DNA of 64,000 nucleotides from Eledone cirrhosa (GCA_964016885.1 OZ024745.1:132246001-132310000); one strand, 5' to 3'. Counted from the first letter of the stretch, positions 1-14,110 are shown. Notes: generated by a model from the letters alone, not told the origin. Program-made: numbers and translations.

Positions 1-340
1 TGTAACTTTCATAATACTTTGTTTCGTGTTCACAGTGGACAATGTCATCAAACTGATGCAGAAGCTGCGATAGGCAGTTCTTTCCATTACGGAATCCATG
101 TTGGTTGGAGTTCAGGAGTCTGTTGCATACTTTGATGATATGAGAGGTGAGTGAGATCGGACGGAAATTTACTGCAAGGGACTTGTTTTCCGTTTTGAAA
201 ACTGGAACAACAGACTGGGGTAGAAAGTTTTCAGGCATATACTCAGCATCCAGTGAGTTCCTCCACAGATCAGCATTAGAAGATGCAGTTTGGTGCCAAA
301 ACACCTTCAGGACACAAGCAGGGCACCTATCAGGGTCTAC
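1..340 (-). mobile_element. Degenerate CR1/Jockey-group LINE reverse-transcriptase fragment (runs off window start)
   Basis: Minus-strand translation gives SVVPVFKTENKSLAVNFRPISLTSHIIKV...NRLLNSNQHGFRNGKNCLSQLLHQFDDI, matching the VVPxFK / NYRPISL / NQHGFR motifs of LINE RT domains 1-2; internally deleted. Confidence 0.8.
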
Positions 341-1990
341 TCTGAATTGTGTTTAATTTCGTTTATTGCAGCTAAGACATCAGGGGCGCCAAACGTTATG
401 TCCGATATAGTGTGTTACGATTGTTTTAGCGTTCGATTTAATATTTGGTGGTGTTGATGTTCTTGAAACAGCAATGTTGAGTTAATTTTTTTAATATTAA
501 CTTTTAACATTCTGTAAAAATTTAGCAGATTATATATATTTTATAATTGTACTAATTTCCGACTTCTCCATCTCTAAACAAGAATAGTAAAAAAGATTGT
601 TGATATTTTTTAAAGCGCAAAATGATGTAGAAAGAGGAAATATATGTGGCAGCTTTCTAAAAAAAAACAAAAGAAATATCAAAATATAAGAAGCTGCCAA
701 AGTTGAGCACATGTCTCACTACAAATTTCCTACTTAACGACCCAAATAAAAACAAGTTTGTTAATTTGAATGTTTATACTTTAATAGTGGACAGATCATT
801 GAGGTATTTGTAGTATTAGAGTAAAGATATATTGTTTCATGTGATGCAACTATAGTACTATTTTGTACTTATCAAATATATCTTGCTAATGCGAGTTTAG
901 GCGGTGTAGGGTTTTAAGAATTAAAGCGTTGTCCTAATTCATTAACGAAGACTAATTGTCATAAAGATCCATGCTATTCACATGATTTAAGTTGGTTATT
1001 CTACGATTAAGTTACGTATTCTCACCAATCATTTCATCCACCTTTTTTGGTCTTTTAAAAATCTTGGGAAACACAGTTACAATGATTTAATACAAACCTT
1101 TAAACTAATCAACCAGTATAATTTATACTTGGCCATTACGGATTCAGGAAACTGCATAGAATATTCTGCATTTACTAAGAGGATTAGCTGCATAATGAAA
1201 CAGGACTGCACGAAATCTTTGCTGCATTAATTATCTGCACTATTATCAGTTGCTGCCAGTTAGCAATGGAATTTATATATGCAAATGAAGTAGTCAATGA
1301 AACAATTCCATTTTATGAGATCGAAGATTCCTTATATTGGTTATGAATGAGGAAAGATAATAATCTTTGATAAAGCCATGTCTCGAAGTATCCTCATATA
1401 ATTAGAGAATCTATATAAAATCTGTTAATCGAAGTTAATTGCATAGACGGATATGCAGCTTGTCTTATCTTCGAAGACATTTTCGGAAATAATTTATTTA
1501 TTGTTATTTTTTAATCATTTTCCTGTGGCACTTTTCAAGGTTTAATTGATTAGGATTGCACCTGATCTGAATTTGATCAGTTGATCTTCAAATCAAATTT
1601 TACAGTTAAATTTCATTGACATGTTTTATTCAAACTCTGTAGTTAGTTGACAGCTATAGAAATGGGGGTTCAAATTAATGTATTTCACATGTGCAATAAC
1701 ATTTCCATCTATAATAGGAATACATATATATATGTATGTATATCAACAGTCGACAGTCGATCAACAAGATCCCAGACCTCGTCAAATCGAACCGAGGAAA
1801 CAATGTTTCCATTGGGCTTTCGATAGCTGTACACAAATATGTATGTGAATTTCGTGTTCTATTCATAGCTGTAGATTACAAAATGTTTATTTATAAACAT
1901 ACCGTATATCGTTAGATATACGAAATTCACACACACGCATTCACGCCCCCCCCCTCTCTCACACGCACGCACGCACGCACGCACACACGA

Positions 1991-2063
<73 letters not shown>

Positions 2064-2220
2064 AATTTTAAATGTTTTTTCATATGTGAAATATATTTAG
2101 CTTTAGTTTTGGTGCAACTGTTTCGTACATAATTATACATCTGTCATAACTAAATAACTAAAAGTAGAATATAACTTACAAGTGTATTTAAATATGTTAG
2201 TATAACTTTACTGCAGATAG

Positions 2221-2440
2221 GGCTGAGTGTTATCAGTATCGGTGGTGCGTCGAACCACATGCTTTGCAGCATAGAGTTACGACCCTTTGCGTTCTGAGTT
2301 CAATTTTCGCCGATGTTAGCTTTGCCTTTCATTCTTATGGGGTCGATAAAATAAAATACCTGTCACACACTGGGATCGATTTAATCGACTTTCCCCTTCC
2401 CTCAAATTACTAACCTTGTGCTTCAAACAGAAAACAATAT
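2221..2440 (+). mobile_element. tRNA-derived SINE, family A (near full length)
   Basis: tRNA-like head with B-box-like gagttcaa, core tttgcctttcat...ggggtcgataaaataa...tacc, 3' end ccttgtgc...agaaaacaat; many copies in the window. Confidence 0.8.
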
Positions 2441-2843
2441 ACTATAGATCAATATGTTCCATGATGATACAGCGTATGATTCACCTGATGAGTGAGTAAT
2501 AGGCTGGTACAGTGCTGCAGAATCACACAACATCAAAGTTGCTTAGTATGTACAACACTATAAAATGATACCTTCAGTGTTGTATGAGTTCCTCAACCAG
2601 TCAGATTGAAAGAATAACACTAAATGTGTTAACGTTATATAGTCTAAATAATTATTTAGGAAAAACGAATAACATTTTTCTGAGCCTGCTTCTTACTAAG
2701 CTATATATACATTTAGACTTTGAAATGAACTCTGCAAATTAAAAAGGAAAAGTACAGTCGTTAGTTATATTACTCTTTAATACCTATTGACAGTTAAGTA
2801 TAGTGGACAATTGAGTGTTACCAGTATATACAGATGAGCATAC

Positions 2844-2897
2844 AGTCTTTCCCTGGTTGCTTCATAGATACCATTTTGTTACTGTTACAACTACTTC
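2844..2897 (-). other. Candidate 54-nt spliced exon containing ATG (MVSMKQPGKD)
   Basis: Minus strand: acceptor cgttttctcctctacag before 2897, donor gtatgc after 2844, ATG at 2874-2872. An upstream donor CAGG|gtaagt at 3035/3034 defines a 137-nt intron. No homology recognised. Confidence 0.3.
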
Positions 2898-3322
2898 CTG
2901 TAGAGGAGAAAACGTAAAACATGTTCAGAAAAACCTTAATCGCGAAATTTATAAATTCAAACAATGAAAAAGTAAAATCTCAAATAATATCCTAGATATA
3001 GTATTTTATAATCTGTGAAAGACTTTCTACTTACCCTGTGTAATGGATGCAACAAAGCGCTGGTTACAAGTCATAAGTCACAAATGTTTTCAGTTAGTAG
3101 TTGAAGGCCATTAAACTCAACGTACAAATAACAACACGCCGCCTCAAACGAGACGTCGCTACCATCGTTTTATTCGGAAAATATAATTTATACATTTCTC
3201 ACATGTATTGAGTGTTTATGCAGTTAATGTTTTACCCTTCTACGTATGCGTGTACGTATGCATGAAACATACACACACGCGCGCTAACACACGCGCGCTA
3301 ACACACGCATACATACTCATAC

Positions 3323-3354
<32 letters not shown>

Positions 3355-3384
3355 TAGATGAGGCAATATGTGAGTGTAGAATAT

Positions 3385-3860
3385 ATAATTGTTTCTATAA
3401 GGATGAAAGACAAAGTTAACATCGGCGGGATTTGAACTCAGATCATAAAGGGGCGTAACTCTATGCTGCAAAGCATGGCGTTCGACCCTCTACCGATACT
3501 GCCAATCCACCACCCTTTCTTCAGAATAATAATGGTTTCTTATATAGGTACAAGGCCAGTAATTTGGGGGGAGGGGAAAGTCGATTAAATCGACCCCAGT
3601 GCGTGACTGGTACTTTATTTTATCGACCCCATAAGGATGAAAGGCAAAGTTAACCTCGGCGGGATTTAAGCTCAGATCATAAAGTGCCGTAACTCTATGC
3701 TGCAAAGCATGGCGTTCGACCCTCTACTGATACTGCCAATCCACCACCCTTTCTCCAGAATAATAATTGTTTCTACTTTTGAAACCAGGCCAACAATTAT
3801 CTCAGTGCATTACTGGTACTTTATTCTATCGACCCCGGAAGGATGAAAGGCAAAGTTAAT
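3385..3860 (-). mobile_element. Three stacked SINE family A pieces (3385-3515 partial, 3525-3750 full, 3765-3860 partial)
   Basis: Repeated ggatgaaaggcaaagttaacctcggcgggattt and tactttattttatcgacccc; the two heads are nearly identical including the flank caccctttct.cagaataataat, indicating local duplication. Confidence 0.85.
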
Positions 3861-4828
3861 AATAATATAAGTTAATTAACCATGGAAAATGTGATATCAA
3901 CAAGTCTATATAATTTATTTACAACATAGCAGCATAAAGAGCCTTTCTCCCCAAACTCCCAATATTATTTATAAATTTCAAACCACATGTTTAAATTCTA
4001 ATTGCAAGCGCAGTATAGAAGATAATGACACAGCGAGATCAAACGACCTTTGAGGGATGTATATGACAACGGGAATAATGTTAATGACTTTGTCAGAAAA
4101 GACAGGTAAAATAAACAGGTAAAAATAAATGTGGTGCACTGAATGTGTGTATATATATATATATATATACACACATACATATATGTATGAATGTATGTAT
4201 GCATGCATGGATGGAAGGATGGATGGGTGGAAGGATGGATATGTATATATGTATATATATATATACATATACTTATATGTATATATATATATTAATAAAA
4301 GCAATTCCAACTTTGTCTGATTAACTCGTTTTATTTACAATCCTTTAAAATTTATAATGGTATTAGAATGAAATAGTATGGTAGAATATTAAATGTTAAG
4401 TGTTAATTGAACAAGTACTTTCATGCTTTCGCAATCTTCAGGTTCATATTCTGTGGTGACAGTCAAGTTTGCAAATTTCAATATGTATGTAAATATATGT
4501 ATGTATATATGTATATATGTATATATGTATGCATGTGTTATGTATGTATGTATATATGTATGTATATATATATATGAATGCATGTATTATGTATGTATGT
4601 ATATATGTATATGTATGTTTATATTATATAAGTGTGAATCTGACACGACTTTCTTTCTCGTTCTTTCTTGTTTCTTATTTTCTTACACACACACACATAC
4701 ACACACACACACACATACACATACACATATACACACCCACATACACACACATGACAACATAATAAAGAAAAGATTTTTTGATCAGTAATTTTTTCTGTCA
4801 AAACCTTTACACAAGAAGAAGTGATTAG

Positions 4829-5058
4829 AGCAACAAACAAAAACAACAATAGCAACAACACAAACAACAACAGTAGGAACAACAATATCAACAACAATAA
4901 CAATAACACTAGCAACAACAATAGCAACAACACAAACAACACAAGCAACAACAATAACAACAACACAAACAACAACACAAGCAACAACAACACAAACAAC
5001 ACAAACAACAACAATAGCTACAACAATAACAACACAAACAACAACACAAGCAACAACT
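4829..5058. repeat. Degenerate (AAC)n simple repeat
   Basis: Direct reading; source of the poly-Asn/poly-Leu ORFs. Confidence 0.9.
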
Positions 5059-6626
5059 CTGTGAAATACCAGGTGTAGAAAGAAAATGCTAAGTATTAAG
5101 CCAAAATTTACCTTCCTTAAAGGAAAATAAATTCTATCTTTTGAATATTTTTTTCCAATCTTGACTGAGGGTTGTTTTGCGAGATGTCAAAGCAATATAA
5201 CACACCCTTCCTGAATTAAGCTCCTCTCTTTTATTTTTAATGAAAATTAAAAAGAAATCTTTCCTTACACGAGCTGACAATTACTTTTATTGGATTAAAT
5301 TTCTTATTTATCTAATGTTAAATTATTTATGATTAAAATTTTAATCTTAACTTAGTTTAATTAAATGAAAAAATAATATGTAATTAAATTAAAAAGTAAA
5401 TTCATAAATGTGTTTCCAATAAACTGTAAATAGTTTCAATAGAATTTGGAATATTCTAATATAATTTTAGCATCTTTCTTTAGAATCAATTATAGATTTT
5501 TCTTTCGTTTTAGAAATAAAAAAAAGAACTACTACTCTATTACTTAGTTATATGAGTGATAGAAAACATAGACGTATGCTATCAAGTGACTTAGATTAAT
5601 ATGAAAGCCACCATATAGTGTAATGATAACTGAGACAGAAACTGAAAAGATGTTGATGTATATTTTCTCAAAATTCGCTCCTCCTCGCTTACTAAACAAA
5701 AAACAAAATGACAACGTAATTCAACGAAGTAAATGTGCACACATGTTCAATGAAACTTCCATATAATTTTGCTTTAGATGTTGTAATTAAAGTTGACAAC
5801 AGTCTTGGTGTTCAGAAATCAACAAATATTGCAATAATTACTTTAAGTCTCTCAAAAAGAATAGTTTTAATGAAAATTCAAGTCAGACAATTTAAACAAT
5901 TTCCTTTCAGCAAAGAGTGAAGGCGGGGAGGGGAATAAAAAAGACTAATGTTTCATATTCCGACATCAAAATTGAAGGAGAAACCACACAAATAGAAGTT
6001 CACCATAGATCTTTATCGTAAAGCTGAGAAAAGATGTGAAAAATTAAATAAAAGTATTCACTAAAGCTATCCAAACTGCTACTTCAATTCATTTTTCTCT
6101 TTTTCATAATTAGAGATCTTTAGATTTCTAAAGAACTGTTTAAATATCAGCTTTGGACATTAAATCTTTGTAGAGAAATAGGAGAAAGAGAATTTGAAGA
6201 AAAATGAAGAATAATTTACGGGCTTAAAACATCATCTTTCTGTTCGGATTTGATTAAAATCTGCTGCAAATAATTTGAATATAATCTAATAACGATTTCT
6301 TTCAAATTGGGTGTTAATTGGTGGAATCGATGTCTGTCAGTTTCTCATGTAACTATTGCATTAAGCAGAGAGCTGTGAATGACCAAATCAATGTGGTATG
6401 GAACAAATAAGTGACGGTCGGAGATTGGTTATGTGTAGTTAGCACTCTGTTCTGACCATGGCCAAAATATGTAATTGTTGGTTCATTAGTCCGTCTATTA
6501 CTTGGTGGAATGAGAGGGAAAGTCTCAAAACTATGAACATTAGTAGTACTGTAAATTACCTTGTACTATGATAACCAGCAATTCTGAGTTCGAGTCCTAT
6601 TAGAAACTATTATTTATATTAGTTAC

Positions 6627-6817
6627 GGGCGGCGAATTGGTAGTATCGGTAGAGGGTCGGACCACATGCTTTCCAGCATAGTTTCGTCCCTTTACGATCT
6701 GGGTTCAAATCCCGCCGAGGTTAATTTTGCCTTTCATCCATACGGGGGTCGATAAAATAAAGTACCAGTAATGTACTGGGTAATTGCTGCTGTTGTATCA
6801 AAAGTAGAAACAATTAT
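6627..6817 (+). mobile_element. SINE family A (short-tail variant)
   Basis: gggcggcgaattggtagtatcggtagag head, gggttcaaatcccgcc B box, core, then gtaatgtactgggtaattgct tail. Confidence 0.85.
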
Positions 6818-7644
6818 TTATACTAGTGTTTCTGTCACCAACAGCCAAGAGTGTGGATTTTATCAGTTTTACTTTTGTTTACGAAATTATAAAAAAGGAA
6901 TATTTCACATCTTTTGTAAATTTGTTTAAAATATAGTTTGAGTTTGAGATTTTTGTTGATTTCAGAGCCATAGGTAAATTGCTGTACACATACGTCTTTC
7001 CCTAATGCAGACATTACTATAAAGATGTTTAATCTAAGTTTTTCGGAGATTAGTCTCTGGTTGAATGATGAACATATATTAATGGTCTTCGTGGATGATT
7101 TGTTATAGTCACTGTTGTTGCTATTGCTGATATTGCTGCTCTGTTCCCTAATATGGTCGTGTTTCAGCATGGTCACATTACAACTACTGAAATCATTAAA
7201 CGAATAAAACAAATATTTTTTACCAGTGTTTGTTGTTGATTTTATCGTTATTTTTGTAGATGAGACAGTTCTGATCTTGTTATTCGTATTTCTGATGCTG
7301 GTATAACTGTTGCTAATACTTGAGAGTTTCCTACTGTTTCTATTGTAGATATAAGCTACATAATTGTACTATTACAGCCATTAACCAACATACTATCTTC
7401 TTCCATAACCTATTCAATTCACAGTTATTTGCTAACAGTGTCATTAATATCAATATCACCACTCGTTTACCAGCTATGCCGTCGAAGGTAAGATAGCAAA
7501 CGGCTTGCTAGGATCAACCTAATACTAATGATAGCAAGAACAGTAAAAGTGATTCTAATATTAGCAAATGATCACAATTATGCGTGATGGTTCGACTCAT
7601 GATTCTATTAAGTCGTTTACACACTGATTCAATGTAGGAATATA

Positions 7645-7860
7645 ACGATTTCTACTTTAGGCACAAGGCTCGCAATTTGGGGAGTGGGGAAAGTCGATTA
7701 AATCGACCCCAGTGTATTACTGGTACTTTATTTTATCGACCTCGTAAGGGTGAAAGGCAAAGTTAACTTCGGCGGGATTTGAACTTAGTACGTAAAGGGA
7801 CGTAACTCTATGCCACGAAGCATTGTGTCCGACGCTCTACTGTTACTGCCAATCTCCCGC
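7645..7860 (-). mobile_element. SINE family A (long-tail variant)
   Basis: Reverse complement of the family consensus including aagtcgattaaatcgacccc. Confidence 0.85.
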
Positions 7861-8079
7861 TCTCACACAGGAATATAATGAAATACTTTCTCATTGTCTT
7901 CTTCAGGTACAGTGAGATGTGTGAGTGAAAGCTATAGGAGAAGGGCAAGGAGAATTTGGGCCACATTTGTGTAAATAGCAATGATAAACTACACTACCAC
8001 GTCCTCCACTTTAGGCCATCAGCCTCATCTTCGACACTACTTGCACTAACATGAGTATGCAAGTTGCACCACCACCACA

Positions 8080-8153
<74 letters not shown>
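8080..8153. repeat. (CTA)n microsatellite
   Basis: Direct reading. Confidence 0.95.
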
Positions 8154-9469
8154 ATCACATATGCCCAAATTTCCTATATCCAATGTTTGTACATCCCGTT
8201 TAAAGTTGGCGTCAGGAAAGTATTGAGTGACATAGGATAATTTAAGAAAATAATTATTGATATTTCATATTACTTTCACAACCGAGAAGTCAGCCATTTA
8301 CTAACATCGAATAATAAGGAAGGTAATAAATTCATTACCAATACAGCAGCAAGATGAATCAGAAAGCTGGAAAGTTACAATCTAAAAGCAAGGTAGTATA
8401 GCGATAGAAATGGCCGATAAACATGATGTATAACAATAAAGATATGCCCATATATGGATAGGAAATTAGGTGAATGCATCTCGTAAATGAAATTGTATCT
8501 TTGACTTGAATGAAAACGTAGTTTTAATGAGGCAGCTGACGCAACATTTTCCATAACACTACCACTGAACAGAAAACATTTATAATTCCTAAAATATGGC
8601 AAATAAATATCCCTTGTGTCGCCAGTTTTCTGAAAGAATGTAACGAATTTTATCAGTATGTCAAACGTCAAACATTAAATGCCACAAAATATACTCTAAG
8701 TCATAAACAGCACAAGAGACATGCGATGTATATACTTGAAATTTCAGTTTAACACGACAACATGACCATTGGGTGTCTTTAGCGGAACTCATTCTGTTGT
8801 AAGCAGTCGGATCAGGTCTCTCCTAAGATGTCTACGCTATTTTCTGTATGAGTTATGGTTTTTTCCTCACTTTTCCTTCGCCAGCATCAGGGTCCAGGCA
8901 AAGATTATTGGAGTTGCTTTTCTTTCTCTAAAGAAGCCATAACATTTTATTTTCAAAAATGAAAACAAAAGTTTTATGGAACTTCAGTATATATCCTTAT
9001 AACCAGCTGACATATAACACACTTGGTGATATATTTTATAACAAATATTATAGTAGTATATTCTTTTATAACTGATATTGTAACGTCAATTGAATCGATG
9101 GCAGTTCAGAGTATCGTCACTTGATTTTACGACAAACTTAGTAAATATACCTTCGAAAGAGAAGACTTAAATCAACGACTAATGTCTTCCAAATGTCATT
9201 TTTTGTTCTATATCACTATACACTTTTATATATCCTTCAATTCGTAAATAACAATAAATAAAAAAAACAAGAAAAAAACCCAAACAAAAAAAAACCCCGC
9301 TGCAACAACAACATCAATAATATCAGAGTTAGAATATTACTGCAAGTATTAAATAGCATACCAGTAGGGTTCCCAGTATTTTAGTCACTAGGAGTGGCTT
9401 TAACACAATGTCCTCCGGTAGAAATTAGGAAAGATCTTACAATCCACGTGTTTGTGTCGAAAAAAGAAT

Positions 9470-9723
9470 CACACATATGTATAAGCATACACAAACACCC
9501 ACACATATCTATCTACACTCATATATATATAGATATATACATATGTATATGTATGTACTTATGTATATGTATGTACTTATGTATATGTATATATATATAT
9601 ATGTAATTATTTGTATGTGTAAATGTATATGTATATATATATATGCATATATATGTATGTGTAAATGTATATGTATATATATATATATGCATATATATGT
9701 ATGTGTAAATGTATATGTGTATA

Positions 9724-9814
<91 letters not shown>

Positions 9815-9915
9815 GTGTGTGTGTGTGTGCGTGAGTGTGTGTATTTGTGTGCATATATATATATGTGTGTCTGTGCATATATATATGTGTGTCAGTGTAT
9901 ATATATATATATATA
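9470..9915. repeat. Compound (TA)n/(TATG)n/(TG)n microsatellite field, representative of many (also 16430-16670, 17290-17580, 30520-30860, 52200-52430, 53745-54340, 58280-58690, 62745-63315)
   Basis: Direct reading; explains the YIYI/HTHT/CVCV ORFs. Confidence 0.95.
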
Positions 9916-10994
9916 TCCACACACAGACATCAATAAACACATACGTAATACAAAGTGATTTCCGCCGTAAGGAGTTGGTGAACGTTGAATCGTGGTAATG
10001 GAAAAATCATCCTCTTAATTTTCTCCGGGAACCAAACTACTCTTAAAGTCAACTTGTTGAATTGCTTGGAAAAGAAAAAAAATTAAAACAAGAAAACTAA
10101 ATAACAAACACATTTAGATCTTCAGAGATTCAATTTCTCGATTTCCTCTTCGGTTCGACTCTTAAATTATGTAACCAATAGAATTCATATGAGCATTTTA
10201 TATAAAGTCCCCCCCCCCCCCAACCACCGCTACCACGCACAAAAAAAAGAAATACTTTCTAAAATAAATATAAAACGAGTAGTTTACTGTAAAATGTGTA
10301 AAAAATAACATTGAAAATCGAAAGTAGAAGGCACTGGAGAAAGAAAATAACAAAATACGACAGAATATTACAAACAAGCTCAAACAGTAACATAGCAAAT
10401 ATAAGAAACTAAGATTGTTTACTGAGGAGTTAACTCCTTTTAACCATCCAAAATATCTTGCTTAGAACATTTTGCCATTTGCAAAAACTAAAAGCATTAA
10501 CATTTCCAATTCATATTTTACGCAGCTACAGCGTAGGAAAGTGTTGCTAAAAGGCGTAAACTCTGGCATTGAAATATATGTTAAACAAACTTATTTAAAT
10601 TAATACAACCTCTAATGCTTAAAAGTTTTAAACTGAGCTTCAATGTGAAATGAAAAGTCCTACTTCTTGTGGAATCCTGAAACAGGTTTTTAAAAATACG
10701 TATACTTGTATACATGCATAGTTGCATACTTGTATGTACTTGTATACTTGCATGTACTTGTATACTTGCATGTACTTGTATGTAAGGAATGGATTAAATG
10801 AAGTAAAGAATCAGTTTGTGAAAGAATATGTAGATGTATATATATATATATATATACATATATATATTTGGTGTAGGATGCTTAAAGCGTGTCTGTATGC
10901 GATAGGCCGTTTGAGCACTCGATGCTCTTACAGAGCAGAGAATAATATCACATAAGAAACGGAGAAACAGTGGTGCGACGAATTAGAATTTATT

Positions 10995-11091
10995 AGACAT
11001 ATTACAATCGTTTCTCTGGCGACCAGCTCGAGGCACGATCGATGCGAGGATCGAACCTGACTCTGACATCGCAAGTTCTTCAGATACGTCT
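10995..11091 (-). ncRNA. Type-I hammerhead ribozyme-like motif with long stem II (PLE-associated)
   Basis: Minus strand AGACGTAT-CTGAAGA-[62 nt]-GAAAC-GATT-GTA-ATATGTCT: 8-bp stem I (one G-U), intact core, GUA cleavage triplet; homologue at 55706-55798. Confidence 0.7.
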
Positions 11092-11117
11092 CTATCCTCC
11101 GAAATTTCCAAATGTGC

Positions 11118-11210
11118 GTGTGTATCCATAGAGTTACTCTCTACCTGTGTTTTATACATATATATATATATATATAACACAGGTGGAAAGTAACTATATG
11201 GATTCACACA
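11118..11210. repeat. Imperfect inverted repeat (~34-bp arms) around a (TA)n spacer
   Basis: gtgtgtatccatagagttactctctacctgtgtt ... aacacaggtggaaagtaactatatggattcacac. Confidence 0.8.
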
Positions 11211-12012
11211 CACACACACACATATATATATTATAAGAACAGATTAAATTTTAAGCAAAGAATCGCTGCTTTCACCCGTACAAGTCGCCATTTGGAGCCT
11301 AAAATCGCTTCAAAATCAGGGATCGACTTGTCCGCCGAATATAAAATGTGAACCTTTACCACCGAGGGGTAAACAGTGAAACTGTCTGACTAACACTCGT
11401 TATACACCACTTACCATAACTCTAGCAGCCCACCATTCTTATATCCTACTGAGAGAGTAAGTTCTGCCATTTTGGATTTACTCTTTTCCTTCTTCCATTT
11501 CTCCCTCTTTCTCTCTCCCTTTCTCACTCACTTATTCACCCCCTCTCTCTCCCACTCACTTATTCTCTTTCTCTCTTACCATCTATCTCCTTACTCCTCT
11601 TCTCTTTGCTCCCTTACCACCTCCCCCCTCACTTCCATTTTCCTTCGTCTCTTCCTCTTAGCGCCTACTCTCGCTATGATCAGACGTTTTCTCTTCGCTC
11701 TCCCTCGTGCTGTTAGTATGGATTCAGGACTTACGTTCGGTCTCCTTATTAACTTCTCCCTCTCTTCCTCTGATTACTGCAACTTACGTGTTTCCCCTCC
11801 TCTATCGGTGTGTTTTTCTTTTTCTTTTTGTCATTCTCTTCGCTATCGTTTGTGTTTTTGTTGTTTTCTTCCCGGATAACTATCCTCTTAGCTATCAACT
11901 CACTATAGTGACCCACAGAAGACAGCTGATTAGCGGCAATTATCCTTGTCTTTATGTTTGTTTCTCTTACGTTTTCTAAATAATATTTATTAGTAACCAC
12001 ACAGCGCCTTTG

Positions 12013-12069
<57 letters not shown>

Positions 12070-12083
<14 letters not shown>

Positions 12084-13104
12084 TGTAGTTCCTGTCTGTT
12101 TGTTTGTTTGTCCTCCTATGAGTTTGGAGATAGACCCCCATAACCATATATATTCTGAAACTACATTGCCCAGGGTACTTGGATAAGTATATCTCATTTT
12201 AATCAAATGGTTCCCGGGGGCACAAACCCCGCTGAAAATTCTTCCCTTGATTTATATGAAATTTTAACCATAGGTAAATGACAAGTTATGATGCCTATTC
12301 ACAAAATTTCAGCAAATTTCAATAATATTAAGATACCCTAATGGGATTTAAACCCCCTATAGTGAAAATTGTGGCCAATAAATGGAACGAGATGTGTTGT
12401 AACAAGATTGCATGAGAACTTGATTGAATCAACCATTATATTCGGGGCTTATAAAGGTCTAGCTTTTCTCATTCCGAGGATTCCACTTATACCAAGTAAT
12501 AGCGAGTTGCCTTTTACATTTAAGAGGCTGCAGTTCCCAGTGAGGCCATGCTTTGCCATGAGTATCAATAAGAGTCAAGGTCAAACTTTCAAAACTATTG
12601 GTATAGATCTGACAAACCCATGTTTCAGTCATGCTTTATGTGGCTATTTCAAGGACTGGAACTTCAAAAATTCTCTACATTCTAGCCAATCAAAGAAAGA
12701 CAAGAAATGTTCTTTACCCTGAGGTTATTCATTAGGACAAAGTATGAAATATATTTTCATGTATTTATTATGTTAACAAAAAAAAAACAATTAAACTTTG
12801 AATTTCTAATTTGAAAATAATGCTTTACACAAAAATGAAATCATCAAGTTTTGAATTGATATTTACAAAAAAAATTATTTACAAGAAACAAAATAAGAAT
12901 AAGATTTAATAATGTAATTTTGATTTGATATATTACAAAAAATAATGTTTTCCAATTTTTCATGCATTACATTTTACATTGATTAATATTGAAATGCAGA
13001 GATTTTCTCCATAAATTATATCACTGATTTAAAATCTTTTTCTTACAAAAAAAAAAAAAGAAAAAAATATGTGAAACGTAGCAAGGCGCGGGTAATTCGG
13101 CTAG
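12070..13104 (+). mobile_element. Non-autonomous Helitron with PIF1-type helicase C-terminal fragment
   Basis: ORF 12369-12722 has NGTR...IPRIPLIP..LPFTFKRLQFPVRPCFAMSINKSQGQT...CFSH, typical of Helitron RepHel. 5' end has (GTTT)n next to (TA)n; 3' end gcgcgggtaattcggCTAG followed by T. Confidence 0.85.
12369..12730 (+). pseudogene. Helitron helicase fragment, frameshifted after CFSH
   Basis: Helicase motif V (INKSQGQT) intact; the expected GQLYVAxSR continuation is broken. Confidence 0.85.
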
Positions 13105-13193
13105 TATATATATGATAATGGCTGCCCCCCCCCCGTTATCGAGTATGGGCATTGCACGATATAACATTATTAATAATTATCAATTAATTCTAT

Positions 13194-13224
<31 letters not shown>

Positions 13225-13374
13225 ATGAATTTATATATAGAGAGAATGTAACGTCCAGGTGCTGTAGGTTCACCAGCGTGAGCACTCGGAGCAGTCAGTA
13301 TAGAGGGGTAGAACAAAACCGAGTGTAACAATAATAAAAAGGACGATATGTTATGTCTTCATTAAGTTTATTGA

Positions 13375-13462
13375 TTAGTGACATGCGTTTCGCTATTGAT
13401 CAGCTCAAGGTTCGATCTGTATTTATCTAGCCCGACTCTCGAATCAAAAGCTCGCCGGATCT
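13375..13462 (-). ncRNA. Degenerate hammerhead-like motif with long stem II
   Basis: Minus strand CCGGCGA-GCTTTTGAT...ATCAATAGC-GAAAC-GCAT-GTC; core mutated and stem I poor; loop words (agagtc, agatcg, gagctg) shared with the 11.0 and 55.7 kb motifs. Confidence 0.45.
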
Positions 13463-13922
13463 CTGTTGTAATAATGACAGTATGAACCTCTTAGGGCATA
13501 GAAAAGTATATAACGATTCACATTTATTTATGGTGGTCAGTTAAAGTCCGTTTTGCTAGAAAGAATGTTTTATTATATGAGATAGAGAGAGAGGATTATA
13601 CTGAGGAGATGGTGGTGGGAAGCGATGGTTGGTGTGAGTTGCCGCCTGGGCTGTTTTGGCTGTTTCCAGACATTATGGCGTTTATGTGGTGAAGCGATGG
13701 CGCTGGGTGAGATTGTAATGGTGTAAGTGATTGAGAGATGAAAGGGTGCGGTGCTGTACTATGGGGGATAAATGAGTATGAGAATGACGTTGGTAGGGGG
13801 TCTAACGTTTTCTGTGGTGTATGTAAACGATGTGTATTAAAGGGGTTGGATGTTACTAGAAAAAAAAAATATAAATGTGATTCAGGACTGTGGCTAGTGT
13901 GTAAAATGAATATAAATAGAGT

Positions 13923-14110
13923 AATAATTGTTTCTACTTTTGGCACAAGGCCAGCAACTACCAAGTGTATTACTGGTACTTTATTTTATCGACCCCGTAA
14001 GGATGAAAGGCAAAGTTAACCTCGGCGGGATTTGAACTCAGAATGGCAAGGGCCGTAACTCTATGCGTCAAAGCATGGCGTCCGACCCTCTACCGATACT
14101 GCCAATCCAT
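13923..14110 (-). mobile_element. SINE family A
   Basis: Reverse complement of family consensus. Confidence 0.85.

Noticed and set aside
4619-5078. Poly-Asn or poly-Leu protein
   Set aside because: Degenerate (AAC)n repeat.
8375-8671. 98-aa ORF (and 6835-7212, 37660-38028)
   Set aside because: Non-ATG starts for the first two, no motifs, and lengths compatible with chance in 64 kb.
11262-11345. pogo/Tigger-like MITE fragment (acaagtcg...cgacttgt)
   Set aside because: Only an 8-bp inverted word; no definable ends or TSD.
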